Below are positions 13,531 to 29,409 of a DNA stretch of 64,000 bases, piece after piece. The position numbers were made by a program, and so were the translations under genes. This DNA comes from the human T2T-CHM13v2.0 reference genome, Homo sapiens: assembly GCF_009914755.1 (NCBI RefSeq), contig NC_060929.1. One strand, given 5' to 3'. The notes under the pieces are model-generated. The model ran no database searches and was not told the DNA's origin. It saw only the letters and a program-made list of their open reading frames with translations. Numbering within the stretch: the stretch's first letter is position 1; every line of letters starts with the position of its first letter.

Positions 13531-14105
13531 GGTGCCTTTAAAGGAGCTTAAAGTCTGAGTGTAAGTGAACAGCCCTATGCAAGAGAATTTCAGGTACGTA
13601 AGATTTGATGAAAAGGGAAAGGCAAAACTTTTTGGAATCTATCAGATTTTGGTCCATTGTATTTAATTGAATTGTTGAAAATGTATCTTTACAAATATCC
13701 ACATATAATTGTCTGATATTAAGGTTATGACCAAAGGATTCTGATACTCCATTTGATGTATAAGAGGAATTCTGTGGGGTATTTGCTTGAAAAGACTCTT
13801 CATGTTAGAACTTTTAGCCAGCAAGTCATGTTGAAGCCTGCTATGCTTCTTAATGCACAAACAAAACAAAACTAAACTAAACTAAACTAAAAAACCCACT
13901 CCAGCCTAATTTTGTTTTGCTCTTTTCTCTCCCTTTTCCAGTGTTGCTTTTTGACTCTATACTGCCCTTGTTGTACTTGCATGAATCCCTTCTTCTTAGC
14001 CTTTCAAGGAAATGATGAATGGCTTCGTATCTTGCCCATCTCACTCTTCTGCTTCCCAATAGCTGCTAGAAAATAATTCAGCACCAGTTTACTTTTCAGT
14101 GTGTG

Positions 14106-14844
<739 letters not shown>

Positions 14845-15912
14845 GTATGGTTTGTAGCTAGTCTGTGTGATTTTACCACACTCCTAGTACCTTTCAGAAA
14901 CTACTGTAGTACGTGACGTTTTCTATTTATGCAGCTGTGCAGTGTTCAGTTCACCTTGGCTAAATGAACAGTGACACTTTGGACACTGTAGTACATATTT
15001 CATATACTAAGATACTGTTTATTTGACTATTCATCTAATAATAATTCATTATATTCCACAGTTTTTACCTTAAAAGATTGTAGTGTCAAGCCTGAACTGT
15101 GCATTATTTTTTAAGTCTGTGTAATTTTAAAATGCTGCGTTTGCACTGCATTTTAATTATAATTTTTACCCAGTTCTTGCAAGCATGATTGAGGCAGCTG
15201 AATATTTTATTTTAAGCCCTGAAAATAAGATGGGGCTTAGCGATGTCTTCAGTGATCATCGTAGGGAAAGGGATATTTGCAGTAGAACATCCAGGACTAC
15301 CGTGCAGGCCTGTGGGTTATAGCTTGACCTACTTGCTTGCAGTTCTCTCACTAGAAAAGGTAGTCCTCCCTGCTCAGGCATTTGGCAGAAAGCCCAATGA
15401 AACTACTTCTGTTTTTGGTGAGAGCAACTGATCTGAGGAATTTTTGAATACAGAGGAGAGAAATAGGGCATTTTCCAAGGTCCCAGTAAATATAGGAACG
15501 TGGAATGACAGCATTTTGAAATATGTATGCAGGGCACCAGGGAGCATGAGCTATGTGGCTGGATGCCTGGTGGGAATGACTGTCAGAAGTTTCATTTACA
15601 GGCTCCTGCAGGTTTCACAGAGAATCATTAGATATTATTTTTTCAAGACTGAAATGAGATAATAAAAATATGTTGACCTAAACACTGCCTACCAATTTTC
15701 TATTTCTATGTATTGCCTCTTATGCTGCAAGATTAAAAATAACATAATAAGAAAAAAATAATAGCTTCTATGTATTGAAGACCTAGGATGGATTAGGTAC
15801 AGATTTAGGCCTTTAATATTTTATCTAATTAATCCCTCACAGAATCCCACAGATTTGTGTGCCTATTTGATATATCTAAGATGAAGCATAGACTTACAAA
15901 AAATAGTTTCTG

Positions 15913-16212
15913 GGCTGGGCACGGTGGCTCATGCCTGTAATCTCAGCTCTTTGGGAGGCCGAGGTGGGTGGATTACCTGAGGTCAGGAGTTCGAGACCAG
16001 CCTGGCCAACAAGGTGAAATCCCGTCTCTACTAAAATACAAAAATTAGCCGAGGGTGGTGGCGGATGCCTGTAATCCCAGCTACTCAGAAGGCTGAGGCA
16101 GGAGAATCACTTGAACTCTGGAGGTGGAGGTTGCAGTGAGCTGAGATTGCACCTTGCACTCCAGCCTGGGCAACAGAGCGAGACTCCATCTCCAAAAAAA
16201 AAAAAAGAAAAA
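15913..16212 (+). mobile_element. AluSx-like SINE inserted in a MIR (MIR ~15760-16300, -)
   Basis: Full Alu dimer; MIR-like sequence on both sides. Confidence 0.95.
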
Positions 16213-18794
16213 TAATAGTAACAGTAACGATTTCTGAAGTTCACATAACTATGCCATAGAAATGAGATTTAAACCTGACTCTGTTTAATTTAAAGCCAAA
16301 TCCAAGAGCAGAAACATTTGGCGTAACTAATATATTGCATTCCCTATTCCCACATAGATTTTCATCCTTACAGTTGTAACAAGTTTCTCAACAAGCCAAT
16401 TAACTTATTTTCATAGGTCAATTTTATGATTCATTTCAGGTTCTAGGAGTAAGCTAGGAGTTATTTCTATCACCTACCATAATCAAAGCATGCTCCTCAC
16501 CACCATCTTTGCCATAATCCCAGGAGATCCTATACTTCCCCTATTCAAATTAGACCTGCCTACACCAGTCTCATTTGCAAAATGGAATTTATGTTCATTT
16601 TCAGTCATATCTGTTAGATTGCAAGTATACAAACGAACAATTTTGGAAATTTGTTTATATCCCATTATATTCTTCTTAGAGTAAGCTCATGTTTGGTGGC
16701 CAGGTGATAATTACATATTTTTCAATACACCTTAGAGATCTATCTAATTCAGTGTCCAATTTCTCTTTATTCCGTGAACTCTTTAGGTCATATTTGCTAA
16801 ATTTCAGATTTTAATATCCAGTTTTATTTTTATGTAATTCGACAATGCTTCAAACTCACATAAAGATATATACTGAGGTGAAACTACTGGTATTTATGAA
16901 AATTGCGTTCTTGCATTAGCCTGTTCAAAACCCCTCAGCACTGAGAGATAAAATTTCAGTCTAAGTAGGTTAGCTCCATTTGATTTATGAGTGCCAAATC
17001 CTAGTCTTTGGCACAATTCCCTGGTATGGGAACTTAATACAGAGCCTCACCCATAAGCCAGACAAATGAGTCTTCTGTTTGGGATATAACATATATCTAA
17101 AGCAATGCTTCTTAAACATTTTCATCTTGTGGGCTATCATCCAGGCTTTGTGGTTGCTACTAAAAATCCTGTCATTAAAGTGACTTCTTGAGCAGCAGGC
17201 ACGATAATGGACTGTTCCATCCTTCTGTGGATGAAAGGCAATTTCATCTAGTATTTAAAGAAACAACAAATGTTACAAACATATGAAAGAGAAGATAGAA
17301 TAATATCTACTGCTTTATTTGATAAATCTTGAAATCAAACTTATATTTGCCTTTATACTCTCCAAGTTATACAGATTAGGTGTGATGCAAAGTGCAGAAT
17401 GTAAAAGGAGATTGTCATACTCCACTGTAACCCACTATTATTACTATTTCTTGAAAATCAGTATCTAAGAAAAGTGCAAAACTCAGTTACTTGTGGCAAA
17501 AGGCCTTGGCCGGGCTTGCCTATAAAAAGCCCCTCAGTGGACATTCATAGAGCATTGTTGGGTGCAGATCAGGGGAGGTTGCTCAGCACTGGCAGAACAA
17601 ACATTCCAAGTTTTGGAGCCTGAATATACAGCCTGGGTAGCATGCTAAGTAGTAGTTCTATTGCCTGATAAGTTATTTCTGGATGTCAATGTGCCCTGAG
17701 TATAGGAGACAGTAGTGCTATAGTTATCTGACTTTGTGGACTTCTCCCTCCACCCAGGCTTCCAAGACCCTCAATACAGGAAAACACAAATGAGACAATG
17801 GGGCTCATGCCCATCCACTTACATCTTTACCCCGTGTAAATTCTTTATACTCCTTAGCTGATTTTGGAATGAAGAAGAGTAAAAGCAACATTGAATTGAG
17901 TCCAAGTCATCATTCTTGCCCATCGTCATCTCATGAGCAGACTTTGAAATCTGATCTCCCTCACTTGTAACTTATAGATAGCTGTATGAAATAACAAATA
18001 TCTTAGGAAGCCCAACTGATTTAACTTTCAAGAAAAAGAAAAGAAATTATAAATATGATGATACTAAAAGAGCTAAATAGATGTTACTTAGGTAAAAAAC
18101 AAAATGTTTGATCCCTGACTCTGAAACTCAGACATCCTGAATTATATAACTGCTTTCTATGTTTCAAACCACAGGGCATACATAAATGTGCAAAAGTGTA
18201 GGAAAAAGATTTTAAAGCATGCCTTTTGCATAAGACATACTACACAAGTAACAGCAATGAAGGTGAAATCTGTGAGTGAACAAAATTCAAAAGTAGGCAG
18301 AGTTTTTTCATGCTCACAGAGAAAGAGAATTATGTAAGAAATATACACATAGCTCTTAAAAGGTGGGAAGCATGTGGGAAACACCAGTTTTTGCAATAAT
18401 GACATCTCTGTTATTATGAGGCTTTGAGATTGCCAAGCTGCTGAAAATGAGAGTTCCTCAAATGTCTTGGCTATTCTCCAGTTACAACTACTATCCAATC
18501 CACCATTCAACTATAAACACATTATCTACTATGGAAGACTTCCTCAACCATCACATGAGGGATAAACTTTTCATTTTTTTCTGAGACTTTGACATTACCA
18601 TGAGTGTATTATTCAGGACCCTCATAGCTGTGGGAGACAGCAACCCAACTCAGATTGTCTTAAGCCAGAAAAGGAATTCACTTACATGTATTTGAAGAGG
18701 CAACAGCTCCAGATGCTCAAAACACTGGTTTATTTTTGGACTCCTTGATGGATTAAGGTGAATAATAAGTTGTTACTGGAAAATATTTCTGTTG

Positions 18795-18930
18795 TAGGAT
18801 GGGGTTTACAGTCAAGTAGACATAAGTTCAAATCTCAATTATACCACTTATTAGCTTTGTGATCTTGGGACATGACTAAACTCTGAGCTTCTGATCGCTC
18901 CTGTGTAAAATTGGCATAGCATGAAAATTC
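18795..18930 (+). mobile_element. MIR SINE
   Basis: agttcaaatctcaattataccacttattagctttgtgatcttggg...ctgtgtaaaattgg. Confidence 0.65.
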
Positions 18931-19652
18931 CTTGAGAAAAGGACAAAAGAAGCATTACCACCTTCTCTTTTGGGGACCTCATAAACCTCTGAAAAGGACC
19001 AAGTCAGAGAGAAGAGCTTGTGTGGGCAACCAGCTGAGGAATACAGCAGGTAAAGCACAGGTGTACCCCAGAACAACCTGCTTTGTGGGTTGGGAGCTTT
19101 TTAGATAACAGGATGAAATAGATACCACCAGAGAGGTATCACAGAAATAGCAGCTAGGGACATAAGCAAACATACTTCTACTCTCTCCTACTGAAATGGA
19201 GGTTAACACTAATGCTACTCAGTGACAGCATGACATGTTCAGCCCTCTATTAATCAGTAAGTTAGATTCTATGGTAAAATAATGTTTATATCACAAGTGT
19301 TATAAATATATTCTAATCTAAATATTAGATATAATTTGAGTTAAATTTAGCTTAAAATTTTTGAGATGTATTTTTAATTCTTAATTTTTGTGAATTAATG
19401 AAAGTGGATGCTAATCTTAATGTTTAAAAAAATAGACATATGAATTAAATTATATAATGGACATGTGACACATGTTCAGATCTCTATCAAGGAAATTAAA
19501 CATGTAGAGTTTATTTAGGAACTCAAAGCCTGAAGCAGGGAAAATGAAAATGTCCAGGTCTATATGGAGAAAAGGAGCAGAGGATTCCTGAGTAAGATCA
19601 CTTACTTAAGAAAGTTCTTACATGGATTTAGCTGAAGACTACCCTCCTTAGA

Positions 19653-19914
19653 GAACTAACACAGGAACAGAAAACCAAATGCTGCATGTTCTCACTTATA
19701 AGTGGGAGCTAAATGCTAAGAACTTATGAACACAAAGAAGGAAACAGACACAGACTACTTGAGCGGGGAGGTTGGGAGGAGGGAGAGGAGCAGAAATGAT
19801 AACTATTAGGTACTGAGCTTAAAATACCTGGGTGATGTAATAATATGTACAACAAACCCTTGTGACATGTGTTTGTCTATGTAACAAATCTTCACATGTG
19901 CTTTCAAATCTAAA
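19653..19914 (+). mobile_element. L1 3' end fragment (L1PA15/16-like)
   Basis: catgttctcacttataagtgggagctaaat...aactattaggtact...tacctgggtgatg...acaacaaaccc. Confidence 0.85.
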
Positions 19915-20564
19915 TTTTTTTTTTTTTTAAAGGTGAGTTTGTAGCTCAGCCTCTCAGCACATGATCTTACTTAGGATCACTGGAGAAGAAAATTGAATGT
20001 ATAGATGGCACTTTTCCTCTCTGGCAAAAATTGGAAAGCAATTTGCCTTTCACAATATACAAAAGCAATAAAGTATATTTTGGAAGAAAAGGCTATGTTG
20101 CTTCACGGTAGTACAGCCCTTGAGACATAGCCAAAATATTTTTCTTTTTTTTCCCCATTTTATAGCTGTTTTGTTCTTGAGTAGTTCAAGATTAAAAGCC
20201 ATCATTAGAATGCTTTTCCTATTTTAAATTTTAACCTAAAATTATTCTTTTGCAAATTCAGGTTGTGTTTCATGCCTAGACCAATAAACAAGATACTCAT
20301 GTTGACTATTAACCAAAAAGGGGTCATTGGCTAGACATTGAAGTTCTTTAAGTCTAGGGAATTATTGGACTCATGACTTCTTTTTTTTTTTCAGGCCTTG
20401 TCATTTATAGGCTTGGCTCAATTCATCGTAATAAACTCAGTAGTGTGTCTATGCGAAGATGGAGAAAAATCTTTGTCAAGAATGCTACTAATAGCTGTTT
20501 CAGCTATCTATTGTTCCATAAAAAGCCATGCCTAAATGTAGTGGCATATAAAGAAATTATTTTA

Positions 20565-20976
<412 letters not shown>

Positions 20977-22859
20977 TTGTTAGGAGTCTTTCACGCAGAT
21001 GCAGTGGGGTGGTAGCTGAGCCTAGAGCTTCTAAATGGCTTACTCAGATACCTGATGATTGGAGGGGACATCTGGACGCTAGGACATCTCTTTCTCCACA
21101 CCATCCTTTTATGTGACTAGATTGGGCTTTCTATAAAATGGAAAGCTTTGGTCAGATTTATCACAAGACTAGCCTAGATTCAAAGGGAAGAGAAATAAAT
21201 TCCATCTTTCCAAAATTTGTGGCCATCTCTAATCTATCATACTTATCCTTGAGTATTTTTAGTCAAAATGATATTTTTTCCTTTTCCTATTATAGGTTTT
21301 TTTCTTCTTCTTTATTTTCCTCAAACTTCGTTATTGGTTTTTGTCTCCAGAGATTACAGGGATTTCTGAGAGAGTTACCTCTTTATTTTGCAGTATGCCA
21401 AAACTTTGGCATTTCTAAAGGGCCTCTTAGAGGGCAGGAACTCGATTTCATTCCTGGGCTGAGTATCAGCAAACGGCAGTCAGAACAATGATGACGGCCA
21501 AGCCTGTAAGATTGTTTGAAAGCAGTCTGGGCAAGTTGGTCCAAACGATCCCCAAAATGTGGGCCAGGATCCAGCCTGGGTCCCGTATTTGTCACTAGAC
21601 AACTGGGCTCTGCCAAGGCCACAATGAAGATGTCCAACAAACACACACAACACTGCTGACTCTGCTTCCCAGGACAAGGCAGCTCTGCTTTTTCCTCCCC
21701 ACACCCACAGCACAGCGCATCCCTGGGTAATGACAGGTCTCATCTTTATTAAATAAATCACATTGGCATTACAGCACTCCCGTGAACTCCTTGAACTTGC
21801 CAAATTTGCAAAAACCAAAGCATTATGGGGACTTGGCCATGAAGTTTAAATCTGTTTCTTAGGGCGGACTTTTAAATGGTTATATTTGTGGATACACCCC
21901 ATTCTTAACTGTTGCATAATGCGTAATGTGAATTTTAATCAAAGAGCAGCGTTTTTGTTGTTGTTGTTTTAGATAGATATGTGATAATTCTTCTTTCATT
22001 CTGAGCAGTCAGACAAATAAATGACTCTGGAAATTATGGGTCCAAATGGTCTTCCTAGACGTAAAGCCTAAGTAGAAAAATATTTGACCTCACTCATTAC
22101 TAATCTAATAACAGATTTTCAGATTCTTGGATGGCCATTGTCTAGACTTTTGGCTATGAAAATGTGTATGGAACTTTTCAGTCATTATTATAACAATTTT
22201 TAGCCTTCTCTGCATAAATAAAACCAATTTCAGCAGAAAAAAAGTGCTGTGGGGTTCATGGGAATCATTTCATATGTAATATTTAAGTGAATAACCATGT
22301 CTTAAGAATTTTACTGATTACAAAGGAGTAGAGAGAAATAAAGTATGAGGAATAGATGGAGTTCTTTCCTTGCAATGGAGATAATAAGGTCCAACAAAAA
22401 CACCATGAACAAGCTCATATTCGAGTTTAAATGGTGAAATTAAGGGCAGAGTTTTGTTTGCTTAATAGCTTGACTATTCTATGATGTTGGAGTTACTAAC
22501 CATAGAGAATGTTAAGTACCAAAATGAATACTAAACTCTGATAGGAGCTCGTAAACAAAAGGGGAATGGAGGCTGAAGGGGACAGATAGATAAGCATATT
22601 GATAAAACACTCTCATCATTTTCTTTCTTTGTCTCATTGGATATCTTTGTGATTACACGATGGTAAATTTTTGTATTTAAGTATTTAGGAATGACCACCA
22701 AGGCCTTATGCCAAAGTAGAAATTTTGAAAGAATAAGAGTGGAAATCAACATTCACCTGGGGTGTGGACCTGTTCATGGCTTAATGATGACCACATAAAA
22801 GAAGATAATTATGATATCTTTTGTGTCATAGATTGTATGTATGATAGTTAAGAAAAGAA

Positions 22860-23095
22860 ACTCAGATCTGCTTTTGAGTTCAGGCTTTGGTGGAAACTAA
22901 CTAATTATGGGCATGTTCCATAATATCTTAGGTCTAGGTATCTTCACCAATAACACAGGGATAATAATAGTGTTATCTCATTATATTGTTATAAGAATTA
23001 ATTGAGATAATATATGTCAGGCATTTAAAATGTCTTGCATATAGGTAGACTCAATAAATACTGGCTGTGAACACTGTTATTATCATCAGTATTAT
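22860..23095 (+). mobile_element. MIR SINE
   Basis: gggataataatagtg..tctcat...attgttataagaattaattgagataatatatg...ctcaataaata. Confidence 0.7.
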
Positions 23096-23791
23096 TATAT
23101 TGTGTCCATGCTTTATACGTCCCCAGTACCCAAAATTTATAACACTCACGGATGCCTCCCCTTTCTTTCTAATTTTTAAACTCCTGCTAGCATGATCCCA
23201 GACCAAATAAATATGTACTTTAAAGTACCTATTTTGAAGAATTCCATCATTTTATTTATAGTCATGGCTATGAAGGCTTTTACAAGATTTAAACTGTATG
23301 CCTGCTCAGTCTTACACGTTGGACATATCACCATTTGAAAACACCAACTTTTACAAACTCTCTTTTCTACGTAGCTGTCTCACTCTCTCCATTGCACTTT
23401 TTTCAAGACACCTGCATGAAAATTCATTTTACTGACTGATATTTCTACTACTCATTGTCCTTTTTAGGATTGTTCTTAACCATGCCCAAGTCCTAAGGCA
23501 ATTTGGTGATGACATGTTATAAACAACATTATCTCCATAATGAAAAGGTGGCTTGGGAGGGAAACAGTCACCTTTGGCTTGCTGTCAAGCATGGGTCACT
23601 GAGGTCATTAACACTGTTTGCTCTACTTGACCAAATACTCTTTTTTGGGTATGGTGATGGTTTGCTGGGTGGACATGTCTGACATGTGACTGATGTAATT
23701 CGTCCTTATTCCAAGCAAATTGTTAAATTAAAAATATTCGTTGAGGTTCTGCTCTGCACTTTTATCATGTTTTTATGCAGATTCTTCAAAT

Positions 23792-24017
<226 letters not shown>

Positions 24018-25162
24018 TTACTTATTAGAGAAACAATAAAATATGATCATAATGAAATATATTATTTAATGGCTTGGTAACATATTTTTGCAAGCAGTAG
24101 ATGATATGATGACCACTATTAATCTGGATTTCTTTCTAACGTTTTTCCTGCCTGTCTCAGTAGAAGCTAGATTGTCATTCATTGCTAAGGGAAGAACAAT
24201 CATGGCTGGAATGTTCTGGTGATTGGGTGTGTGTGATGGTCTCTGTAATTTTATAAAACTCTCCAGGGCTATCTGATAACACTCACTACCACCTCTTTCC
24301 CTGCTTCTTCTGGAGATCACAGAGGGACCCACTCCTTCTTCATGCTCCTTTTCCCCTTTTTTATTTGCTAGGTATCATCTCCATAGGAATAGATACCACC
24401 ACATGAAAAAACATATGAAGATTAAAAGTGCTCTTATGCCCTTTTAAAACCTCATTTCTTAATTTTTATTTGCTTTCTTTTTAATCTTATTTCTTTTATT
24501 TTTCTATCAATTCAACTCTACAAAGAGAATAATAAAATATTGTATCAAGCACTCATTTGCCACATGTAATGGGTAAATATTATTTTTGAATTATTCAAGA
24601 AAATATTTAAAATGGCCAAGATAGATAGGGTAATATTTGCGAGGGTCTAGAAAAATTTCTATGGAAGAAATAGTGACATAGTAAATGTTCACGGTAGTAC
24701 ATAAACAAGGGGCTGCCTGCAGCCTTCTTGGGAATTATCATCTTCATATCTGCTTCTAGCAGCCTGATTGCACTGGTTTAACCATTTTAAAATAAGGACA
24801 TTTAGGACTTAATTTGTTCATATGGACAAATATTCAAAAATACAAGTACATAGATGATATCTATCATATATTTATTCAGTCAAATTTAGTTGAGCTCATA
24901 TATTTGTACACTCACAACAATTACTATTCCTTCATTGAAAATTTATTAAATATTGTACTTTGTGGATATTAAAATGGTGAGAATAAAACTTTAACCATTC
25001 ATAATAAAACATCTGTGGCACCAGTTTATTCAGTTGAATTCTCCACTTAGGTCACCAACATGTATTAGAACTGTACACAATAGTTTTTAAAATAAACGTA
25101 ATCTAGAACTATAAGGATTTCAAGTAAATTGGTTATTTATAGTTATTTATTGAAAGAACTGA

Positions 25163-25482
25163 GGCCAGACATGGTGGCTCATGCCTGTAATCCCAGCACT
25201 TTCAGAGGCTGAGGGGGACAGGTCACTTGAGGCCAGGAATTCAAGACCAGTCTGGCCAACATGGCAAAAACCTGTCTCTACTAAAAAAAACAAAAAGAAA
25301 CAAAAATTAGCTGAGTGTGGTGGCACACACCTGTAGTCCCAGCTGCTCAGAGGGCTGAGGCATGAGAATCGCTTGAATCTGGGAGACAGAGGTTAACAGT
25401 GAACCGTGATGGCACCACCACTGCACTCCAGCCTGGGCAACAGAGCAAGAGTCTGTTTCAAAAAAATAAAAATAAAAATAAA
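25163..25482 (+). mobile_element. Alu (old S/J-like)
   Basis: Full dimer, cacttgaggccagg; (TAAAAA)n tail. Confidence 0.94.
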
Positions 25483-27639
25483 AGCTGAAAATTTCTATAC
25501 AGTTCCTTCCAATTCAGATCTCAATATGAATGAGAAGAGTTAAGAAAAGAAAAAAATCCAAGGGCCATAGAAGTAATTTGGGAAAAATATAAAAGGAAAG
25601 TATTACAGCATGTCATTGATCACATGTACAACAAATTTTAATTTAACTTGATGGCTACGTAGCAACCATATCCATTAAAATATGTCTTTGTTCTAAAATT
25701 AAATAAGAAATATATAGTTAAAAAAGTCATACCCTGCATGATGACCTGCTGTATACTTTAACTATACATTTTGCATAGTCAAAAATAAAATAATACCCTA
25801 AATAATAGTTCAAAGTATAAACTATTACTTTCTTTTTAACTATAAAATATGTTTTAACAGAAACATATTTCCAGCTCAATTCATATTTCAATTTGTGCAG
25901 GCTATTTGATGACACACTAAACAATTATAATAAATTTTTCTCATGAGAATTTGACCCAATAGTCAACCTGATTTTGAAAAAAAGATCAAAGCTGCCTAGT
26001 CAAATTAATTCTGCATTGACATATTTCTCTTTGCTTATTGAAATTTGACCTCTTAACACTTTATGTATTTATTGCTCTTCATTGCGCCTCCATGTGAACG
26101 GATTGTATTTTACTGAGGAAAGACTCGTAGTGTCTATACCAGATGAATATTTAGAAATGTGAAAGCAGTTTAGTATTTCTTTGGGGGTACATGTTGTATC
26201 TGTGTCGCATACATACTTTTGGTCTGGCCAGGAGTGGGGAAACGAGAGAAGGGGGATGGAGGGCATTGTGGCATGGCTTTTGCTGACTCCTCAATAGCTT
26301 GGGTTTGTAAAAGATCACAGATCAGAAATGGTTTTAAGCTCTAGTGCATTTGAGCCTCCAGCTTCTGCTTGAGCAATGTGACAAGTTTGAGATGCCCTTC
26401 CAAATGTGCCCAGCTTAAGTTACCAAAAAAAAAAAGTTAATAGCTTTGACCTCTTAAGCTGTTATATGAAGAAAAGGCTCTACTCACTTAAGGGCCAACC
26501 TATTGTAATCTCTATCTTTGAAGTGAGTCACGTACTAATTTCCTTTCAGGAAAGTTTAAACCAAAATATGTTTAGTCAGAAGGATTACTTTTTCCTTAAA
26601 GAACCTCAAACATTTTATATTTGTGCAGTATAATTAAAATATACCAAATTAATACTTTAATTTAAAAAATGTGTATAAGGCACTGACTAAATTACTAACA
26701 ACCCATGGACATTTTTTGTTTATGCAAAAAAGAATTCTGTTAGTAGATGGAATGAAAGAATGCAAGGAAATTTAGGATCTGGCTGTATGAGACAATGACT
26801 GTCAGCCATAAAAATAATTGGTCTTAATTACTGATTAAACAGTCTTACGTAGATGACAGAAACTATTTGACTGATGAAAGCCTTCTTTCTTATACTTAAA
26901 ACTGATACGTTAAGATTTAGGAATATTTGAAATGACACCTTATTCACTGTGATGCCAGAAATATAATGTGCAATATTTTAAAGGGCTCTAGAGTTCTATT
27001 TTCTGTAAATAGAACCTAGCCCCAAATCATGCCTCTGATTTCCTTCTAGCCACTTTGCATTAAAATAATAATAAACATTTATTACATATTTACCCCACTG
27101 TGGAGTTTGATAAGCCTATGATTTAGCCATGGGTGTTATCAGAAAAACCTTAAAAACTGACAGACTCAGTTCTTCTGAGGCTATTCCAGAACATAGATCT
27201 GTCTTTATGAGCTGTGAAAATAGATGCTAGGTGGCTGACAGTTTAGAAATCAGATACAGACGGAAGTTTATGCTTTCTCTTTCTCTACTGTATTGTACCA
27301 ATTCCTATCTTGCTCCTAAAATCTGAATGCGTGGTGTTTCATAGTTTAATTACAGTGGTTTTTTCCTTGTTGATATATAATATTACAGTACATCTTACAA
27401 CTGATGGAGAGATAAATATGCCAAAATATGGTAGCTTCTGTCTTCTGATTTTATCTATCAAGTAAAAGGATGAGATACACAAAAGACTAAAGAACTGATA
27501 TTTCATGATTTTTCTATCCGTGAAAATCCATGAGCTAATATCAGCCTCTGAGTGTAGCTAAGAAGCCTTTCTCACATTTCACCATTTTCAGTTTCTGAGC
27601 TGTCAACTTTGTCTCCTTTGTTTAGTTATGTTATTATAA

Positions 27640-27870
27640 ATATTCTCCTATTATCTCCATATGTGCAAAGATTTCTCTAGAAGTAGAATTTCTGAGTCAT
27701 AGGGTATACATACAATCTTTAACTTAAGATAATGCCAAATTATTTTCTTACTGGTTAAACAAGTTAAACCCCTACCAACTTATACACCAAATACATAGGA
27801 TTTCTTATGGTCCAAATTTGAATAACATTCAATCTTATCAAACTTTTATGTTTTATGTTTTGCCAACACA
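27640..27870 (-). mobile_element. Ancient L1M fragment
   Basis: tagaagtagaatttctgagtcatagggtata...agataatgccaaatt resembles antisense L1M. Confidence 0.55.
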
Positions 27871-28559
27871 GTGGGTATTCTGGGGGTTAGAACGTGGACA
27901 TATTTTTTTGTGAGCCACTATTCAAACCACTAGAGTGGTTTGATATGCTTCTTGCAGTCCAGCACTACTTTGAAGCCGCATGTTCCTTTATTTCTTTGCA
28001 AAACTCCCGCACATTTGAAACGGATACTATCCTGTTATACCATCACATGCTCCCCTCCACTTTGCTTTAATTTGCAGTTTTCTTCCTCTTCCAAATTTGC
28101 ATCTCCACGGGTAACTCAGTCAATTTCCAAGTTCTCTGTCTCTTTCTAGATATCACTACCTTCACTTCCTCTCTGTCTGAGCCACCCCACTTTATGACTA
28201 TATCCATGTTTTGTTATAACCCTGAATTGCTTCACCTCTTGCCTTTAAATTTAACACACCTAGGACTTCCTTCCAAATCTCTTATTCACTTACCCCCACA
28301 ACATATGTTCTTCAATGTCATTGAGATCTAGAGCCTCTGCCCCTCTCATGTTTACCCTATATGTAAATCCTCTCCTCTCTTTACTGGAATATTGTCTAGC
28401 TCATAAAAAGTGCTTAATGATTGTTATCTGCTAGTGGTAGCAGAAGTATTAATAATCAGATTCATATTCAGCTTAACCACTTCCTTGCCCATATTCTCAC
28501 TTCTCTCGTCCCATCGCCTTTCCATTCTCTTACCTGAACAACCCCCAAAATAAATCAAT

Positions 28560-29090
28560 ACAACAAAACAGACGTAGTTCTTACTCTCATGGACCTTCAG
28601 AGTGATTACAGAAAGCGGCATTAAGTAATAACGGAAAGTGTCATTAGTGTTCAGAAAGTGAAGTAGAGGAGAAGGAAGGTATCCCTGAGGAAGGGACATT
28701 TATACTGAAACCTAAACAATGCTAAGAACTGGTTGAATGAAGTATGAATAGAAGATAGTTCTAGCAGTTAGAGAAATATGCGTGAAGGCTAGATTATCAG
28801 GTTTTTCTTGTCTCAATTTAGGCATCACCTTCTCCGTGAAGTCTTTCAGATCTCCTGTGTTTAAGTCAGGTGTCCTTTCTTAGTGCTCTCTCAGGAATCT
28901 TCAGTTCTCCTTTCTCAGCATGTCTTACAATATGTCGTGTTCTCCTGTGTTCTTAACTCTCTTCCCCACTGGGCTCTGGAAAGATGCTTTGATGTTTGAC
29001 TTGTTCCTTATAATATCGCAGTACCTATACTTGTGCCAGTTTCTGCCCCATCCTTGAGGTGTAATGAAATTTGTTGGTTAAATTGACAAA
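28560..29090. mobile_element. L2 relics (an antisense piece then a sense piece)
   Basis: acaaaacagac..ttcttactctcatgga.. followed by catcaccttctccgtgaagtcttt..tgaaatttgttg. Confidence 0.45.
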
Positions 29091-29409
29091 TCAATGGGAG
29101 AAAAGTCCCCAAAGGGCAACAACTCAATAGATATAGACGGAAGCCAAGTAATGTGGGGGTCGTACTGATAGAACTTATTCAAACGTACCGAATTCAAGGC
29201 ATGTGTATTTATTGTAGGGTGTGGGTATTATACCAGGCACTGTTGAAACGTCATTTATTCTTCTCCATTCACATGGTATGGTGATAAAATTCTTGTTTAG
29301 CTGGGAATATTTCATATAAAATAAGTAACGAACATGATATGTTTGGACAGTGTTGAGTACTCAGTCCAGTGGAGAAAGAATATTGTCTTATATATGGATA
29401 AAATATACT

